A stretch of 63,818 nt of DNA, filler included, from Sphacelaria rigidula (Eukaryota): NCBI GenBank assembly GCA_964200075.2. It is 11 parts of 11 records of this genome, joined end to end, with 100 filler letters (N's around TTAATTAATTAA, not from the genome) between each part and the next. Parts side by side here need not be neighbours in the genome. Positions count along the whole stretch, not along the records: positions 1 to 5,711 come from CAXNAA020025051.1; positions 5,812 to 11,522 come from CAXNAA020025052.1; positions 11,623 to 17,333 come from CAXNAA020025053.1; 8 more parts are not named here. One strand, 5' to 3'. The notes under the pieces were generated by a model, which did no database searches, had not been told where the DNA came from, and saw nothing but the letters and a program-made list of their open reading frames with translations. Each line of letters starts with the position of its first letter. Position 1 is the first letter of the stretch. The translations under genes and the position numbers were made by a program. Shown here in pieces: positions 1 to 13,308 of the stretch.

Positions 1-938
1 AAGAAATCGTGGATTTGGTGATTTTGAGTCGTGATGATTTGTCCTAACCGTGAACTGGTTACAAAAGCGATCAGTTAAGCAGTTGTACCAGTTAAATGTA
101 AATGGCCAGTTAATCTGGCAGCCAGTTCACGACTCTACTTCTTATGCTCTTCACAACCGTATCGACCGACTGTGGGGTGCATCTCTAAATGAGGAGTACG
201 CTGCTCACAGTCGCGTTGTGCAATTTTCGAGCTGTGCTACATACACAGGTATTGGTTGCCATCTCATGCGTTTGTGTCGCGCCTTGCAGCAGTAGTGGCT
301 GTACACTAAGTCCCCAACCCACGTATTAAATTATGTCATGACTGTTTGTCACTAAACTACAAATCAAAGTTTGGCTGCTGCACGCGCACACTGCAGCTCG
401 TCCATGAAATACCTTCCAAGAGTTTATGTGTAGGATCCCCACGTCCCCCGTTTCCCTTTCTTCCTTTTTTTTTCGTGTTAACTATTACGTTGGTCGAGTT
501 AGGTCATATTTTGTGGGGCGGAGAACCTCAACTTTTCGCAGAGAGGATGGTCGTACCGCGTAGTGTTGAAATCTTGAGACACCCATGAGACAAGTGTGTA
601 ACCCGTGGTTGTCTCTGAAAGTGGCGACACCAGAAAACGAAGCAACCCATTCGAGTTGCCGTCCATATGCAAGGTGATCGGTACGCTTCGGGCCAAACAA
701 GCTTGGTCGAATGCATCTCACCCTTGATGCGACCCGCCAAATACATCACGGCGCATTGCGCTCGGTGATTGCGAGCCTTGTCCGGCGAAAACCTGGCGTG
801 CATCGTCCCGGCCGTCCCGACTTTTTAGGGATGTGAGGCCAATGTCCTCAGGACTACGGCATGCAGAATCATAAGAACACCCGCCCTCCCCCCGCGACTC
901 CCTTTTCGGCACCCGAAACTGACTGTACCCACGCACAG

Positions 939-3423
939 AGAGCCGCCACGAGAGTAAAGCTGGTAGCAAACCTTAGAAACGCCGCTCAAGGTTTGGCCGG
1001 TCTGCAGGCCAGGGTGATCGGTGAGCAGGCACGACGGCAGAACCAAGAGGGACAAGGTCAACGACATGGACACGAAGAAGAGAGCAAGCGACAGCAGTGG
1101 CAACAACAGGGGTCGTCGGGTGTACCGCTACTCGATGGGGACGCGGTAGAAGCTCAAGAGGTGTGCTCTGCCCTCGAGCAGTGTCTGTTCCACCGCATTC
1201 GGACGAAGGATTTCCGAGGTGATGAGGCAAAAAAAGTGCAGGGGGACGTTTCTTAAGATCGGGAAATAAGATCCCGTGGCCAAGACAAGTTCGTACAGGT
1301 GCTGTTATACTACTACCCTTTGCCCTAAAAAGCAGGCCCGCGGGTGATACAAAATTTATCGGGTACAGTCTCAACCTCTATTTGGTAGTCCTAGCCTCGC
1401 TACTCGAAAATGAGAAATAAACATCACGGCTGGACCCCTGGGGGGTCAGTTAAAATGCGACAACCAATCAAATTAATCGATCAGAATCACGTGAAACATG
1501 TAGGGAGTGGTATAGGGCCAATGTATGAGCCCAGTTTCTCAGACCCGATTTCGTACCTCTCGTGAACCTTGAACCTCTCACTAACGCTGTTCTCTCGCGC
1601 TCGATTCTTATTTTGCGGGTCCTTCTTGAACCAACTAAACACAGGGGTGATGCCCTTCTGGGCGTACCTAGAGAGACTGGAACGTCTGCCCATCGCCACG
1701 GGCAACGCCAGGCCCGGTCTTCGCGAGCGGCGCCTCTCGAGCGTTCGCAACACAGTGGGTGCCGTGGCCTCATGCCGCAAGGTCTCCACTCCCATCGGCC
1801 GGGCGAGGTCGTGGATTCGCCAGTGTTTGGTATGCAAGTGTCTGGAAGCGTGTGTTGGAGCTGTGCTGGCGGAGACCCGTCTGGTGCAGGTGTGCACTCT
1901 GTGTGTATGGTGTGTCATACTCCAGTGTATGGTGTGTGCTTCAGAGAGAACCTCTGTCTTTTTAACCGTGAACTTTTGGCACACCGACGTTACAGGTACC
2001 GCAGAGACGTGAAAATATATTCAGCAGCAATGTGGCACGAAGAGCAAGAGCGTGGAACAATCAGATTAGTTTGCACGGGGAAAGAGGTGTTTTTCGACCG
2101 TGGGCGCGGACAGATGTTCGATCCAAAGACGTAGCTCATGGGCAAGGTGTTGGTGAGAGTGTGCGCAACGTTTCGGTTCAGTACTCGCTAAGACAACTAT
2201 GGATATGACGACAGCGCGATACGGTGTTGTGTTTCCGCGTCGAAATTTGGGCTGCGCGTCGCACAGCAACCGTCATAATTTATCTGTAGCTACAATTTCT
2301 TTGCCTAGACGGCACCCATCAGATGATCGCGCACACGCAACTAGCGCTACCCCCAAAACGCTCTTGGTTCGTAGGTTCGTAAGCAACACTCGTGAGCCCC
2401 TGTTTCGTACTCTCAGGCAAGACTTGAGACGCGGGCCGGCACCTTCTTTGCAATTTTCGCTTTCGAACAGGCCACGAAAATTGTCGCAGTTCCTGCGGTG
2501 CTGAACGGATAGGATTCGGCCTGCTAGTGGCAGCTGGGAACGAATGATTGTTAGAGCTACTGCACGAGAGTTGAGGGATTATGTGTATTGTCAAATGGTC
2601 CTCGAGACCATGCGACCTCATTCGTTCATCTCCCGCATGCTCACCTCGCCCCGCAGCAAACCTGGTGACGGCAGTTTTCAACAGCAACGCAACATATGTT
2701 GTGTATGTGGGTGCCAAGGACGAGACCGTTACAGGAAAGGCTGCCTTGGTCAACGCGGCGTCGGAGGTGTACAATTCGTATATCTCGTAGCATTGATGAT
2801 TTTGAAAAATGACCTGTGTTTGTAGCAGACGCTGATATACGGACCGTCATATGGGATTTGAAGCTCACTGTAGGCTACGATGTATAGACGACATACGATA
2901 TGTATATGACGGAAGTGAAATAAAATTAAAAAAAATAGTTCTGTCTGCGCAAACCGTATGGGAAATTTGATGATGATTGGGTGGTTCTTGCATGCAATCG
3001 GAAATCAAGGTATTCTACGAGCCTACAGCTCTGGCAAGATGCGAAGAGGGATCCACAATACTGCTCCGCCTGTGCGCCGCCTTGGAGGCCTTCGATATTG
3101 CTGTTGACGCTGACCAGTCACAGCTTGATATCTCCCCCGCTTGGCCAATCCTAGACCAAGAGGCTGAGTGGGACGCACGTTTCGCAGAACAAGCAACAGC
3201 AGGGACCGCAGGAGTGGCACCCCAGAATGCCCCGTATGGTCAAAGGGCCCCCTCCAATCAGCAAAATGCCGGCGCAAGCGCTAGTAGTAGTGCTGGCAGT
3301 AGACGGCTTTATACTGCGACAGATACCGAGCGAAGCGATGGTCAACAGCAGCAGTGGCGCGAAGCGGCGTCCGATGGACGAGGGGGCGGCTGGATCGCGG
3401 CAGCAACATCTGAAATCGACAAG
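939..3423 (+). CDS. RUN-domain protein, partial multi-exon gene (exons 939-1218, 1645-1889, 3010-3423)
   Basis: AG/GT boundaries are phase-compatible. The spliced product reads ...EVCSALEQCLFHRIRTKDFR-G-VMPFWAYLERLE...TPIGRARSWIRQCLVCKCLEACVGAVLAETRLVQ-VFYEPTALARCEEGSTILLRLCAALEAFDI, which carries the RUN motifs (C.ALE.cl.H, FW, GRaRaWiR..L, FYEp.All) in order. Confidence 0.85.
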
Positions 3424-5044
3424 GTATTACGCCGGGTGACAATGTAGGGGGGTGGGAGGCTGTTTGGGACCGATATGGTGATAGGATATAGTAATCCGTT
3501 TTTTCCCGGTCGGGGTTTGTGTATGGTAGATTATACCGTGAACTATGTTAACAACTTGTCGCTCTCTGTATATGGTCTCGGGAAAAAAATGTTGCGGGGA
3601 GATTCTGTTTGGAGAACAGATAATGGGCGGTGGTATATAACGCTTGTTGATAGATATCTCTCTTCCTGTTGTATATAATGCCCATCGATAAATATCTCTG
3701 CCTACTGCCACACTACAGTTATGGGGGTGAATGAAGGCCTTACCGACCAAAAATCCGTTTCCCACGAGAAATAAAATGAACGCGAAGGGATATTGAAGAC
3801 GTATTGACAACGTCATGAACTGTTTGGACCTCTGCGGAACCTCTGCCGGGCATAACACACGCTCCATCCCAAGTTACCTAGGTTTAGTATGCGACAGCTG
3901 TAATTTTTTAATCGCGCAGTTCTCGAGACAGGAAGCAAACCGACCTGTGGCACTACACAGACCCCCGTGCGCACACTAGATCTATTCAGTGTAGCGGTGG
4001 AGTTGCTCAATTCGCCACAGCGGATCCGAAATGCCCCAGAACGGTGCAGGAAACGCGTTGTCAGAACATTTCGTGTTTGGTGCAACGGTTTGCAAAGTGC
4101 TGCGGCCTCCGCGGCACGCGTTACGGAAACCTGCTTACAACACTTGATAGTTATGGTGTGGGAAGCGCATGCATCAAACTGCAGTCCAATCCTCTGCTTC
4201 GTTGCCGAAAAAATAGAGTTGAAAGATAAGCACGACAACATACTGCTACAAGAGGGGCACAACAACAACACGAGCAACAGCTGCAATCCTCCTGTTGTTG
4301 TAACCCTGTGTACAGGTGTACAGCAACGTCAGTCACAGGTGTGTTGTAGAATGTACTTTAGCAATAGTACATTTTGTATGAGCGCCGTCGTTATTTCGAG
4401 TGACGCGTGCACTTCTGATTGATACTGATTGGCTCACTTAGGTTTCATTTCTTCTGCATTCAACTGACTGTGTAATTGGTCGGTCCATTTTCCAGGTATA
4501 TGATGCCCAAAATCGACCCCCATAACAGTGCAAAATACCATGTGTAGAGCACATTATACTCTATTGACGTACGGTAGAGGGGCCGCAGGTGAACATGGGG
4601 TGGGAATATAATGTCACGATTTTGCAAATTGTATGTTGTGGGAATCCTCGATATGTGTCGACAAAAGTTCACAATTTTTGCTGGTGTGGTGTTGGTACTC
4701 AGTTTTCTCTCCGATGTACAAAAGCGCTCTTTGTAATTTTGTGTGTGGGTGCGATGTGCTAATACTTTGAACGATACGCTATGTAGTAGATTATTGCCGT
4801 TGCAATAGCTCCGAAATTTGACTGTCAATGTTTATTTGTCAGCCGTAATCGACTGGCATCACTATCTGTCGACAACTATTGTAGGTAAAAATATATTCGG
4901 GACTAGGGATGGAATGTATCATTGCCGTGGATATGGGGGGGCCAAGTTGTTTATCGAAATATGTTTTCTGTTACAATAGGCTCTGAATCGAGGCCATCAA
5001 TGTCTACTGCTATCGTCATCACAGTAGAACCTCCAATGAAAGCC

Positions 5045-5395
5045 GGTCGCCCCGATGGCTCAGTTGATAACCTCGACACCCTCTGACGGTTGGGTCGTGG
5101 GTTCAAATCTCGGAGCGACCTGGGTTTTTTTTCTCACACCGTGCCCAACAGTGGAGAGAGACTATGTCGGGGAAACACAAAATTCCACTCGTCGGTCGAC
5201 GAGGGGAAGGATCTGCTGAACCACTCTTGCGATAAAAAAATAAAGGCAAGCACCGCAGAAAGAAGGTGGAGTACTGAAAACAGCCAAAAAACGAAAAAAA
5301 AAAGTCCTGTGTTGACCTTCCTCCTGTGTGACCCCGGCTGATGCGCACACATATACCGGCGTCCAGAATAGATGGGACGGCAGAACACACAATGT
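5045..5395 (+). mobile_element. tRNA-derived SINE-like element
   Basis: Pol III A-box-like TGGCTCAGTTG (5056), B-box GGTTCAAATC (5100), ends GGTCGCCCCG/CGGAGCGACC that pair, then a T-run. Body and tail (CAGAATAGATGG...ACACAC) are shared with 47268-47635. Confidence 0.65.
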
Positions 5396-5711
5396 CTATT
5401 GCTGGTCACAAAAGAATCTGAAATGCGGCCAACAATGTATATCGCTGGTCACCATGCGATCTGAATCGCGGCCAGCAATATATATATATATATACTTCCT
5501 CCAACACATAAGTAAAGTCGGTTATGTTTTTACGAGCCCTTCCCCGTGTCCGATCTGATTTTCGATGCTTTCTTCGCATTCGTTGGCGTTTTTTTAGCTA
5601 GAAACAACCCTCTTTCCACAACGTGGGTGCTCGACGCGTGCAGTCTCACGGTCGAGAAAAAGTAGGTCGGCCAAAAAACGGCAATGTTTCGCTCTTTTTC
5701 CCAGTAGGCAT

Positions 5712-5811
5712 NNNNNNNNNNNNNNNNNNNNNNNNNNNNNNNNNNNNNNNNNNNNTTAATTAATTAANNNNNNNNNNNNNNNNNNNNNNNNNNNNNNNNN
5801 NNNNNNNNNNN
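5712..5811. other. Artificial contig spacer (same at 11523-11622, 17334-17433, 23145-23244, 28956-29055, 34767-34866, 40578-40677, 46389-46488, 52199-52298, 58009-58108)
   Basis: 44 N + TTAATTAATTAA (stops in all six frames) + 44 N, recurring every 5811 or 5810 bp. Confidence 0.99.
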
Positions 5812-6542
5812 GGCTTCTGCTTTTCTGTCTTTCGTCCCCGGCCACGCTCTATCTGTTACGGCACGTAATTATTATATACCCCCCCCCCCCCCGCGTTATG
5901 CACACAAAAGGGAATAACGCCAAACTCTTTTGGGCATCACATCAAAATACGTCGAATTGACAAATAGAACCAAAACCCTCCCCGGTTAGGCACACGGGGG
6001 GGGGCAACGTCAAACACTTTTGAGCATAAAATAAAAATACGCCGAATCACCAAATTCGCTGCTGATACTGCGTGCAGAATCATGACACCCAAGTCCCCCT
6101 CCCGTGATCATTTGAAGCGGTATACAGCAGCACCCGTAATCAATGTCAGTTCATTGCACACAAGCGAAAACAAAAAGGACATCAAATCCAACAAAAAATG
6201 AAAGGATTATCCAAATTTAAGTGTTCCCCAAAAGGCCAAACTGCAAATATATTTGGATATAAAAAATATTCATCACAAAGTTGCGATGCCTGAAAAATTT
6301 CTCCTTGTGCAATGGGTTTGTGAGAAAATCAGTATATTGCAAGGCCGACTCCACATAAACTACCCTAAACTCCCCGTTCGCCACCCGTCGCGAAGGAGGT
6401 GGTGGCGAATGTCGATATGCTTGGAGTTTGGTGTGGTGGCCGGATTAGTTGCCAAGTGTAACGCCTGATATCAACAAAATCCTACGTGGGAAAGGGACAA
6501 AACAAGAATTACCCCCGAACGATGATTCATCAGGCAGGGGTG

Positions 6543-6808
6543 TGTAGACTCGTCTGAAAAAAAAAAAAGTCACAGTGCTGCTCCAGAGGCTTCGTTCGTG
6601 TCAAGAGCTCCAGAGACTTCGAGACTCAAGTAGTTACACAAACAGCTGTCTTCGCTGATCCAGAAGTGACCCTTTTCTCCTTGCACACGCATCACATGTC
6701 AAGCAGTCATAGTCATACTCTAGATAATATCCCACGACCAAATCTCATGTAACCTAATATCCAGTTCATCATGTACCTGGAGGTGTACTGTAGGTGGACT
6801 ACTCTACA
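6543..6808 (-). repeat. 3' LTR
   Basis: 266 bp with TG...CA ends; roughly 90% identical by eye to 9792-10058. Confidence 0.9.
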
Positions 6809-9791
6809 GCACCCCCAAAACTCCGCACTACTCGAAGTAGAAGGCGAGTTTGACAAACAGTAGACGGACACCGACAATCACGTTCATGCTACCTTTGTCC
6901 GGCTGTTGGTGACACATGACCATGCACTGTCATGTTCCCAGCACAAGCCAGCTCGGCGCTCACCACCAGCAGGCACCTGAAGTAATGCGTTCCGTGTAGT
7001 CCTCCAGCCCACTCCAGAGAAACAGCAGCAGTCGGACCACAAAATCATGCACACCATAGGCCAGCGTTTCCATTCGAACACTCGCTCCGTGTATCATCGG
7101 TCCAGCTATATGAAGCATCCCCCCCCAGTGCCGCTGAGCACTCCACCAAACGGTATACTCGCACCGCCAGACCGACGCGATAGATCCTCTGCCCCCGTAG
7201 ATGCTTGAGCATTACGACGTCACGAGCGCTCGTGCTTCAGTCGTTTCTTCAGAGGAAACGCGAGGCGAAACGGGAACAGCCATACAGTCCCGCACAGCAA
7301 CACCTCCCGAAGGGATCACACTATCCTCCTCAAGTACCTGTCCCTGCAGCGGCAGAGACACCTCAATCAACGCCGCCAAGCACGACAAACCTGTCCATGT
7401 AAATAGCTGTGCATACGACTACCCCAACACTTCGTAACGCTCGACGTCGCCGTAGGAATTATGACCGCTAGTAGCATCACAAGCCTGAAGCTCGCTCTGC
7501 CTACCCGCTTCACCCGGGTCACATACCCCTGCTGGTTCGAGCATGCACGGCGTGTCCACAGCTACACGCTGCTCCGGCGGCAACTTCGCCAGCTGGGCAT
7601 CCAACTCTCCTCGAAGTAAACACCCATGCGAATCATCTGAACCATCTCCGCCTCATGGTTAGATATGACATCGGGAACCTTCTCAATCTCCTTGTTTGCC
7701 GCGCGATAATCACTCATCATTCAATAACCGTGCTTCTTCGGCGTTGCCACAGCCGCACTCGCCCACACTGCCTGTAAGGTGCGAAATACGAGCCCAAGCG
7801 CCACCAGCGTCGCCATGCACCCTGCTAACCACGCCGTCTTTACAAGGGAATACACCCGCGGGCTCGCCTTCACTGCTTTAGCCCCACGTTATAAAGCTCA
7901 CCTTTAATAAATCTACACGAGCAGGCGGATCACCGCGCAGTGCTCGCCGAAAAGCGTTGACACGGCGCCCGACAACCTCCCGAAGCTTACCAACGCCGCT
8001 CGCCGACATACCCTTATCCGCGGCCGCCGGTACTGCATGATCCAGTGCAACACGACGCTCTGCCAGCTTCTCCTCTGGAGTCATGTTTATCTCGAGACCA
8101 CGCGACATCAATCGTTCAACGGAGGGATCCACAGATTCCTCTTGTTCATGTGGATGCTGTAACGCCTCAATCGCAATGCTCACCCGCCTAGATTCTCGGA
8201 ATTCAGGCGTATCTACACCTCTCACCAACGCGTGTCTTTAGCGTGCGCATGCGTCCAGCCCGCTGTACACGTCAATACCCATGGCCTCCAGCGTACCGCT
8301 CCCGATGATCACCGCATCATCGGCACCTGGCATAACCGCATAATGACATGGATGCGACGCCACCAGCCCCCAGCTAGTGTGCAGAGCATTGCGCACTAGG
8401 CACGTCTTCAATCTCATACTCCGTACATTACCATCGGCTAGTTTCACCGGGTGTGCACGAGCCATGCTCGTGACAACTTGCATTTCAGGAAACACTGCTT
8501 GCAACTGGGCCGCCACTTTTTCAGACATGATAGTGATGCCAGCCCCCAAATCAAAACGACAGTAACAGGGCAAACGTTCCTGGCTGCGGAACCAGGAACA
8601 GATGAGCCTGCCCGGCAACATCGCTGCTTGCTGTCAACTACCACACCCTCAGCCTGTAAATCTGCAACCTCAGCGGTGTGTGCAAGCCCCGTCATACCGG
8701 CACTGTCTGAGACGTCCACTCCTGAGCCGGTCCTGCCGGCAGTGAGGGTTGAGCTGCAGGAGCTGGAGCAGAAGGCTGGGGCGGCAACATGCTATCTGCA
8801 CTGTTAGCACCCCCTTGAGTTTCATCCCCTGGGAAAACAACCCGTGTGGGAGCGGGATCTTCATTGCCCCCTCGCTGACCATGGACCTGCTGCTGCTGCT
8901 GCTGCTGCAGCGGCGGCGGCGGTAACTTTGCTTGCCCACCTGACGCACTCACCGTGGCCGCAGGTGTGCTCTGTTACTTACAGTCCTTCTTGTAGTGACC
9001 CTTATCGCCACAATCAAAGCAGCCTGCGTTGCTGGGGACCAGATTTGCGAGGTTTTCTCGAGCTAGAAGCGCCACAACCCGCTGCGCCGGCCTGCGGTTT
9101 CAGTTTTTTCGAACCCTGTCAACCGCTCTTTTGCCTAAGTTGCGGCTGCTGGCGGCGTTGTTCGTCAACCCCTTCCACAGTCTTCCATTTTCCCGCCAAT
9201 TCATAAGCTACCTCATACACCATTCTCGGGCTCTCTTTCCAGCCCCTTTTCATACAGAGAATTTTTTGGACTTTATTATTGTACTCAGGTGGGGTCAGGC
9301 CGGCGAGCATAGCTCTGGTAATCATGTGTGCTGAACCAGCCTTGAACGTACGGTCAGATTCAAGGAAAACGCACCCCGCACCCGCATTTTCCGCAAAGTG
9401 CTCCTGTAATGGACTCCATTGCCCTTTTCTACTCGACCCATTGCAGTTCATTCAGATTTTGCGGCAAGCGCCTTTTTCATGTCTGCGCAGCTTTTGAACA
9501 AGCCTCCAAACACTTCCATCAAAAGCATCGAGGCTACGAGGGGGCGGTGGCAAGGAGTGATAAAGGTCCGACGGTTAAATGCGCACTGTTGACCATGCAA
9601 GAGTTGGTGCCCAAGCACATTCATAATTGTGTGTCTGACACCATCTTTGACGGGCTGGCACTAGCAGAAGATGACCTGCAGCAAGGGATTGCACGCCACG
9701 CGAAATGCTGAACCGATATGGAAACCGATCTTTCCGAAGCTGCAGCAGGCGTGAAAAAGGTGCTTGCCGCACGATCTGAATAAACGTTAAT

Positions 9792-10058
9792 TGTAGACTT
9801 GTCTGAAATCAGAACAAGGTCACAGTGCTGCTCCAGAGGCTTTCTCCCTGTCAAGGGCTCCAGAGACTTCAAGACTCAAGCAGTTACACAAACAGCTGTC
9901 TTCGTTGAACCAGAAGTGATCTTTTTCTCCTTGCTCACACATCACATGTCAAGTAGTCATAGTCATATTCCAGAGAATACCCCATGACCAAATCTCATGT
10001 AACCTAATATCCAGTTCATCATGTACCTGGAGGTGTACTGGAGGTGGACTACTCTACA
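9792..10058 (-). repeat. 5' LTR
   Basis: 267 bp with TG...CA ends, upstream of gag on the minus strand. Confidence 0.9.
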
Positions 10059-10709
10059 GACGCCCATCACGGCAGTGATATTGCAGTGAGCAGAGGTTAA
10101 TTACGCCTCTGGATTCGTTCTCTGGATATTTACATCTCTGGATTGCACCACAGCTCAAATTGAAAATTGTCAGATGGGACTGCCGATCTTTTCTTCTAAA
10201 GATGCAAACGAACATACAAAGTGCACAACATCAATCACACTTCAATTGCTAGTGCATACAGCAGCTCCCAATGAATGGGTGGTCAAGACGAAAATTGCGT
10301 TGAGTGTTGAAAAAAAATGATTCAGGTTCCTGCAATATCGCAATTCCAAAACAAACGAAGCAAAAACAATACCCAACCCACACGCGCGCCCACCCCCCCC
10401 CCCCATCACCACCACCCCACCCCCCCCCACCCCCCGGCCACGCCCATCNNNNNNNNNNGTTTGTGAAAAAAAAAAAAAAAAAATCACATTCCCCCAAATC
10501 CCCCACCCCAAAAACAAAAAAAAAAAAAACAACCCCCCCCCCCCCCCCCCCCCCCCCCCAAATCTCTACCGATCATCATCACGTGCCTCATCCGGTCCGA
10601 AAGTCCTTCGCCCCAACTGATGTTGCCGTTTGCTGCGCCCGCTTTGTCCCCCAAATATATCTCCCTTCCCCAACATGAAGCCCGTAGCCCATCATGCTGA
10701 ATCGCCGGA

Positions 10710-11376
10710 TTATTTGCCCCGATCGAACCGGTGTGTGACACCAACAATATCCACCCCGCGTCCCACGCTCGGCGGAGACCTCTTTTTTCCGCACACGGGG
10801 TACGTGGGAATGCGTTCCCATGCCTCCTCTGTGTCCTCCAAGTCAATTGGGGTGTCACTACTGCTGCTGTTATAGGTGCTATCCGCATCGACTGGGTACT
10901 TCTTGTCAGCGTAGCTGCTGCTGTTGTTGCTGCTGCTGCTACTGTTGTCTCCCCGTGCGACCTTCTCGTACACGCGTGGCCTTGAAACGATCAGTATAAG
11001 AACCGCAAAGCCTAACGCGTGTAGTATTCTCACCTGGTGGCCGTTATAGCCGTTACTGCTGTTGCGGTGGCTGCTGTCCTCATCGTCCGATTTGCCGCTC
11101 GAAACCGGTAATGATTACGTTCGACCAACTCGTCTAGCGCCCCTGCTTCGCTCTCATCTCCCCACGATTGCGTCGGCTGATCCGCTGCTTCGGTTTCGTC
11201 CCCATCACACTCCAATTGGATCAGCGGCTCCACCGTCCCTTCTCCGTCCCCATCTTCTGTCAACAGTACACGCCATGCTGTCGCTCTGGCCGCCGCTCTG
11301 GCCGCTGCCCCGATCGCTACTCGACGCAGGGTGTCTTGTGCGGCGATCTTCGACTCTACGCCGCGAAGAAGAAATT
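10710..11376 (-). CDS. Probable last two exons of an unknown protein (11376-11034, 10980-10710)
   Basis: A 53-bp gtgag...ctgatcgtttcaag intron joins two ORFs in phase (ATR-PRVYEK) and ends at TAA. Product is low-complexity Ala/acidic/Ser with no domain recognised. Confidence 0.45.
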
Positions 11377-11622
11377 CTTGTTCAATCGGGGACAAAAAAT
11401 GTCGGACATTTCTGGACGAGAGGCTACATGTCATCTCTTGTCAGATGCCCCACTAGTCAACTTCCCAGTTACTCTCCCAGTCCATGGAAAAGCCGCACTC
11501 ACCCCCCCCCCCCCCCCCCCCCNNNNNNNNNNNNNNNNNNNNNNNNNNNNNNNNNNNNNNNNNNNNTTAATTAATTAANNNNNNNNNNNNNNNNNNNNNN
11601 NNNNNNNNNNNNNNNNNNNNNN

Positions 11623-11685
11623 TGTTGTTGTTGTTGCTGTTGCTGTTGTTGTTGCTGTTGTTGTTGTTGTTGTTGTTGCTGTTGC

Positions 11686-11728
<43 letters not shown>

Positions 11729-11745
11729 ACTGTTGTTGTTGCTGC

Positions 11746-11812
<67 letters not shown>

Positions 11813-11826
11813 ACTGTTGTTGTTGC

Positions 11827-11898
<72 letters not shown>

Positions 11899-11933
11899 CT
11901 GTTGTTGTTTGTTGTCATTGCTGTTGTTCTAGA

Positions 11934-11962
<29 letters not shown>
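11623..11962. repeat. (GTT)n and (GCT)n microsatellite
   Basis: Direct reading. Confidence 0.97.
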
Positions 11963-11964
<2 letters not shown>

Positions 11965-12668
11965 TCCGCCGTGCTTTCCGCTACCCTGGTTTGGTTTGCG
12001 GTTGCTGTTCCGCTTGTGGTGTCGTCGTTTCTTCTTCTGCCGCCTACGGTCGGTTGTACTTTTCTTGCTTGCTATGGGTTCGCATGCTGTCATCTACATG
12101 CGTATTTTCCGCCCTTACGTTCCTATCATTTTGTACCTTGCTCTAAATTGACCGCACGGTTTTTGTTCGCGAATGATTGTCATTATAACACGGGCCCCAA
12201 CTGTCACGACTGAGGCTTCCACGTTACTGTTCTCCTGGCATGCACGTCCGCATGTTGATGAGACTGTGTTCACCATTTTACCCACGTACACACCATAGTG
12301 ACTTCGCCTGCATTGCCTCACATTCATCTGACCTGTTACCATTTGTTGTTTGCTGGTCGTTTGGGGCTTTTGTTTGACGCCGCTGTTGTCCGTATTGTTT
12401 GTTATTGCGGTTATTATGCTTCAATGCGGCGGTCATTGCTACTGCCGGTCCTTCTAAACTCACCACTGCGCGGTACAGTCACTTCTGATATATTACTGCC
12501 TCGGGTGCTGATCCAGTCAAAAACAGGCTACATAGCCCATGCTCAACGTTACTTCGTGTAAAATCGAAAGCAGTACATCCCCGCAATTTGTACAGGCTAT
12601 GCGAAGGTCGATCGAATAAGTTACAGACAATAACAGAGCCCCGGAATACAACACACCGGACAAGTGAT

Positions 12669-12908
12669 GCTACGGTAGGGTTGCACTTTTTGAGCGAAAA
12701 TGTTTCTCGGGGTGTTACACGGATCATTTTGAGAATCGGCATCATTTTCACTTGAAAAAGACTGAAAATGATGCCGATTCTAAAAAAAATCCCCTGTGTG
12801 CATCTCCATGTCCTGTCCTCGGAGAGTTGGGTTGCACAGTAAGCCCCATATATTCGGGCTCCTACAAAAACGAAACCCAGAAACAAAAAGTTCAATCCCT
12901 ATCGTAGC
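12669..12908. mobile_element. MITE with GCTACGGTAGGG TIR
   Basis: GCTACGGTAGGG...CCCTATCGTAGC. Related copies at 42345-42590 and 40517-40577. Confidence 0.7.
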
Positions 12909-13308
12909 ATTGCTTGTACCACGCAATACAGGCGGAGCAGCGTTTTCACGAGCGGAAGCTTACGGACTCACTGTTTATTCTGTACAAAGCGATAATGTCG
13001 CGTTATAACACCCAAAATTATAACACCCAAAACGTATCTCGTTCGTGAGTTTTTGTAAAACGCCAACAGTCTTTGACCTCTGACCATCATTGAAAACAAG
13101 TACTAATCACGCGACTCTTCCGTTCTTCTCCCTTCTATTGTGTCCGTGTCCTTTCTCCGCTCCCTGCTGTTCTTTTCTACTTTTTTTTCTTTTTCGTTTT
13201 CTGTCGATCGGTCCCTTTTTGTCGCATATTGAATCGGGGCGAACAAAAATTGTGTCGTTAAGCATGTAGTTTTCCGGGATAATATTTTTATTGTGACCAT
13301 GTGGATTT

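Larger units (their letters stand above)
6543..10058 (-). mobile_element. Internally deleted Ty3/Gypsy-type LTR retrotransposon
   Basis: Direct repeats 6543-6808 and 9792-10058, each TGTAGA...TCTACA. Minus-strand Gag knuckle CFDCGDKGHYKKDC (~8978-9022), degenerate protease DLGAGITIMS (8238-8621 ORF), pre-RT FRRALRGDPPARV. No RT, RNase H or integrase core; many stops and frameshifts. Confidence 0.9.

Noticed and set aside
5045..5120. Functional tRNA gene
   Set aside because: The T-arm 3' strand and anticodon stem are defective and it is fused to a repeat body; SINE head fits better.
5756..5767. Regularly spaced TTAATTAATTAA as a biological repeat
   Set aside because: Always embedded in 44+44 N; it is an assembly linker.
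11625..12146. Poly-Leu/Cys membrane protein ORF
   Set aside because: Translation of a GTT/GCT microsatellite.
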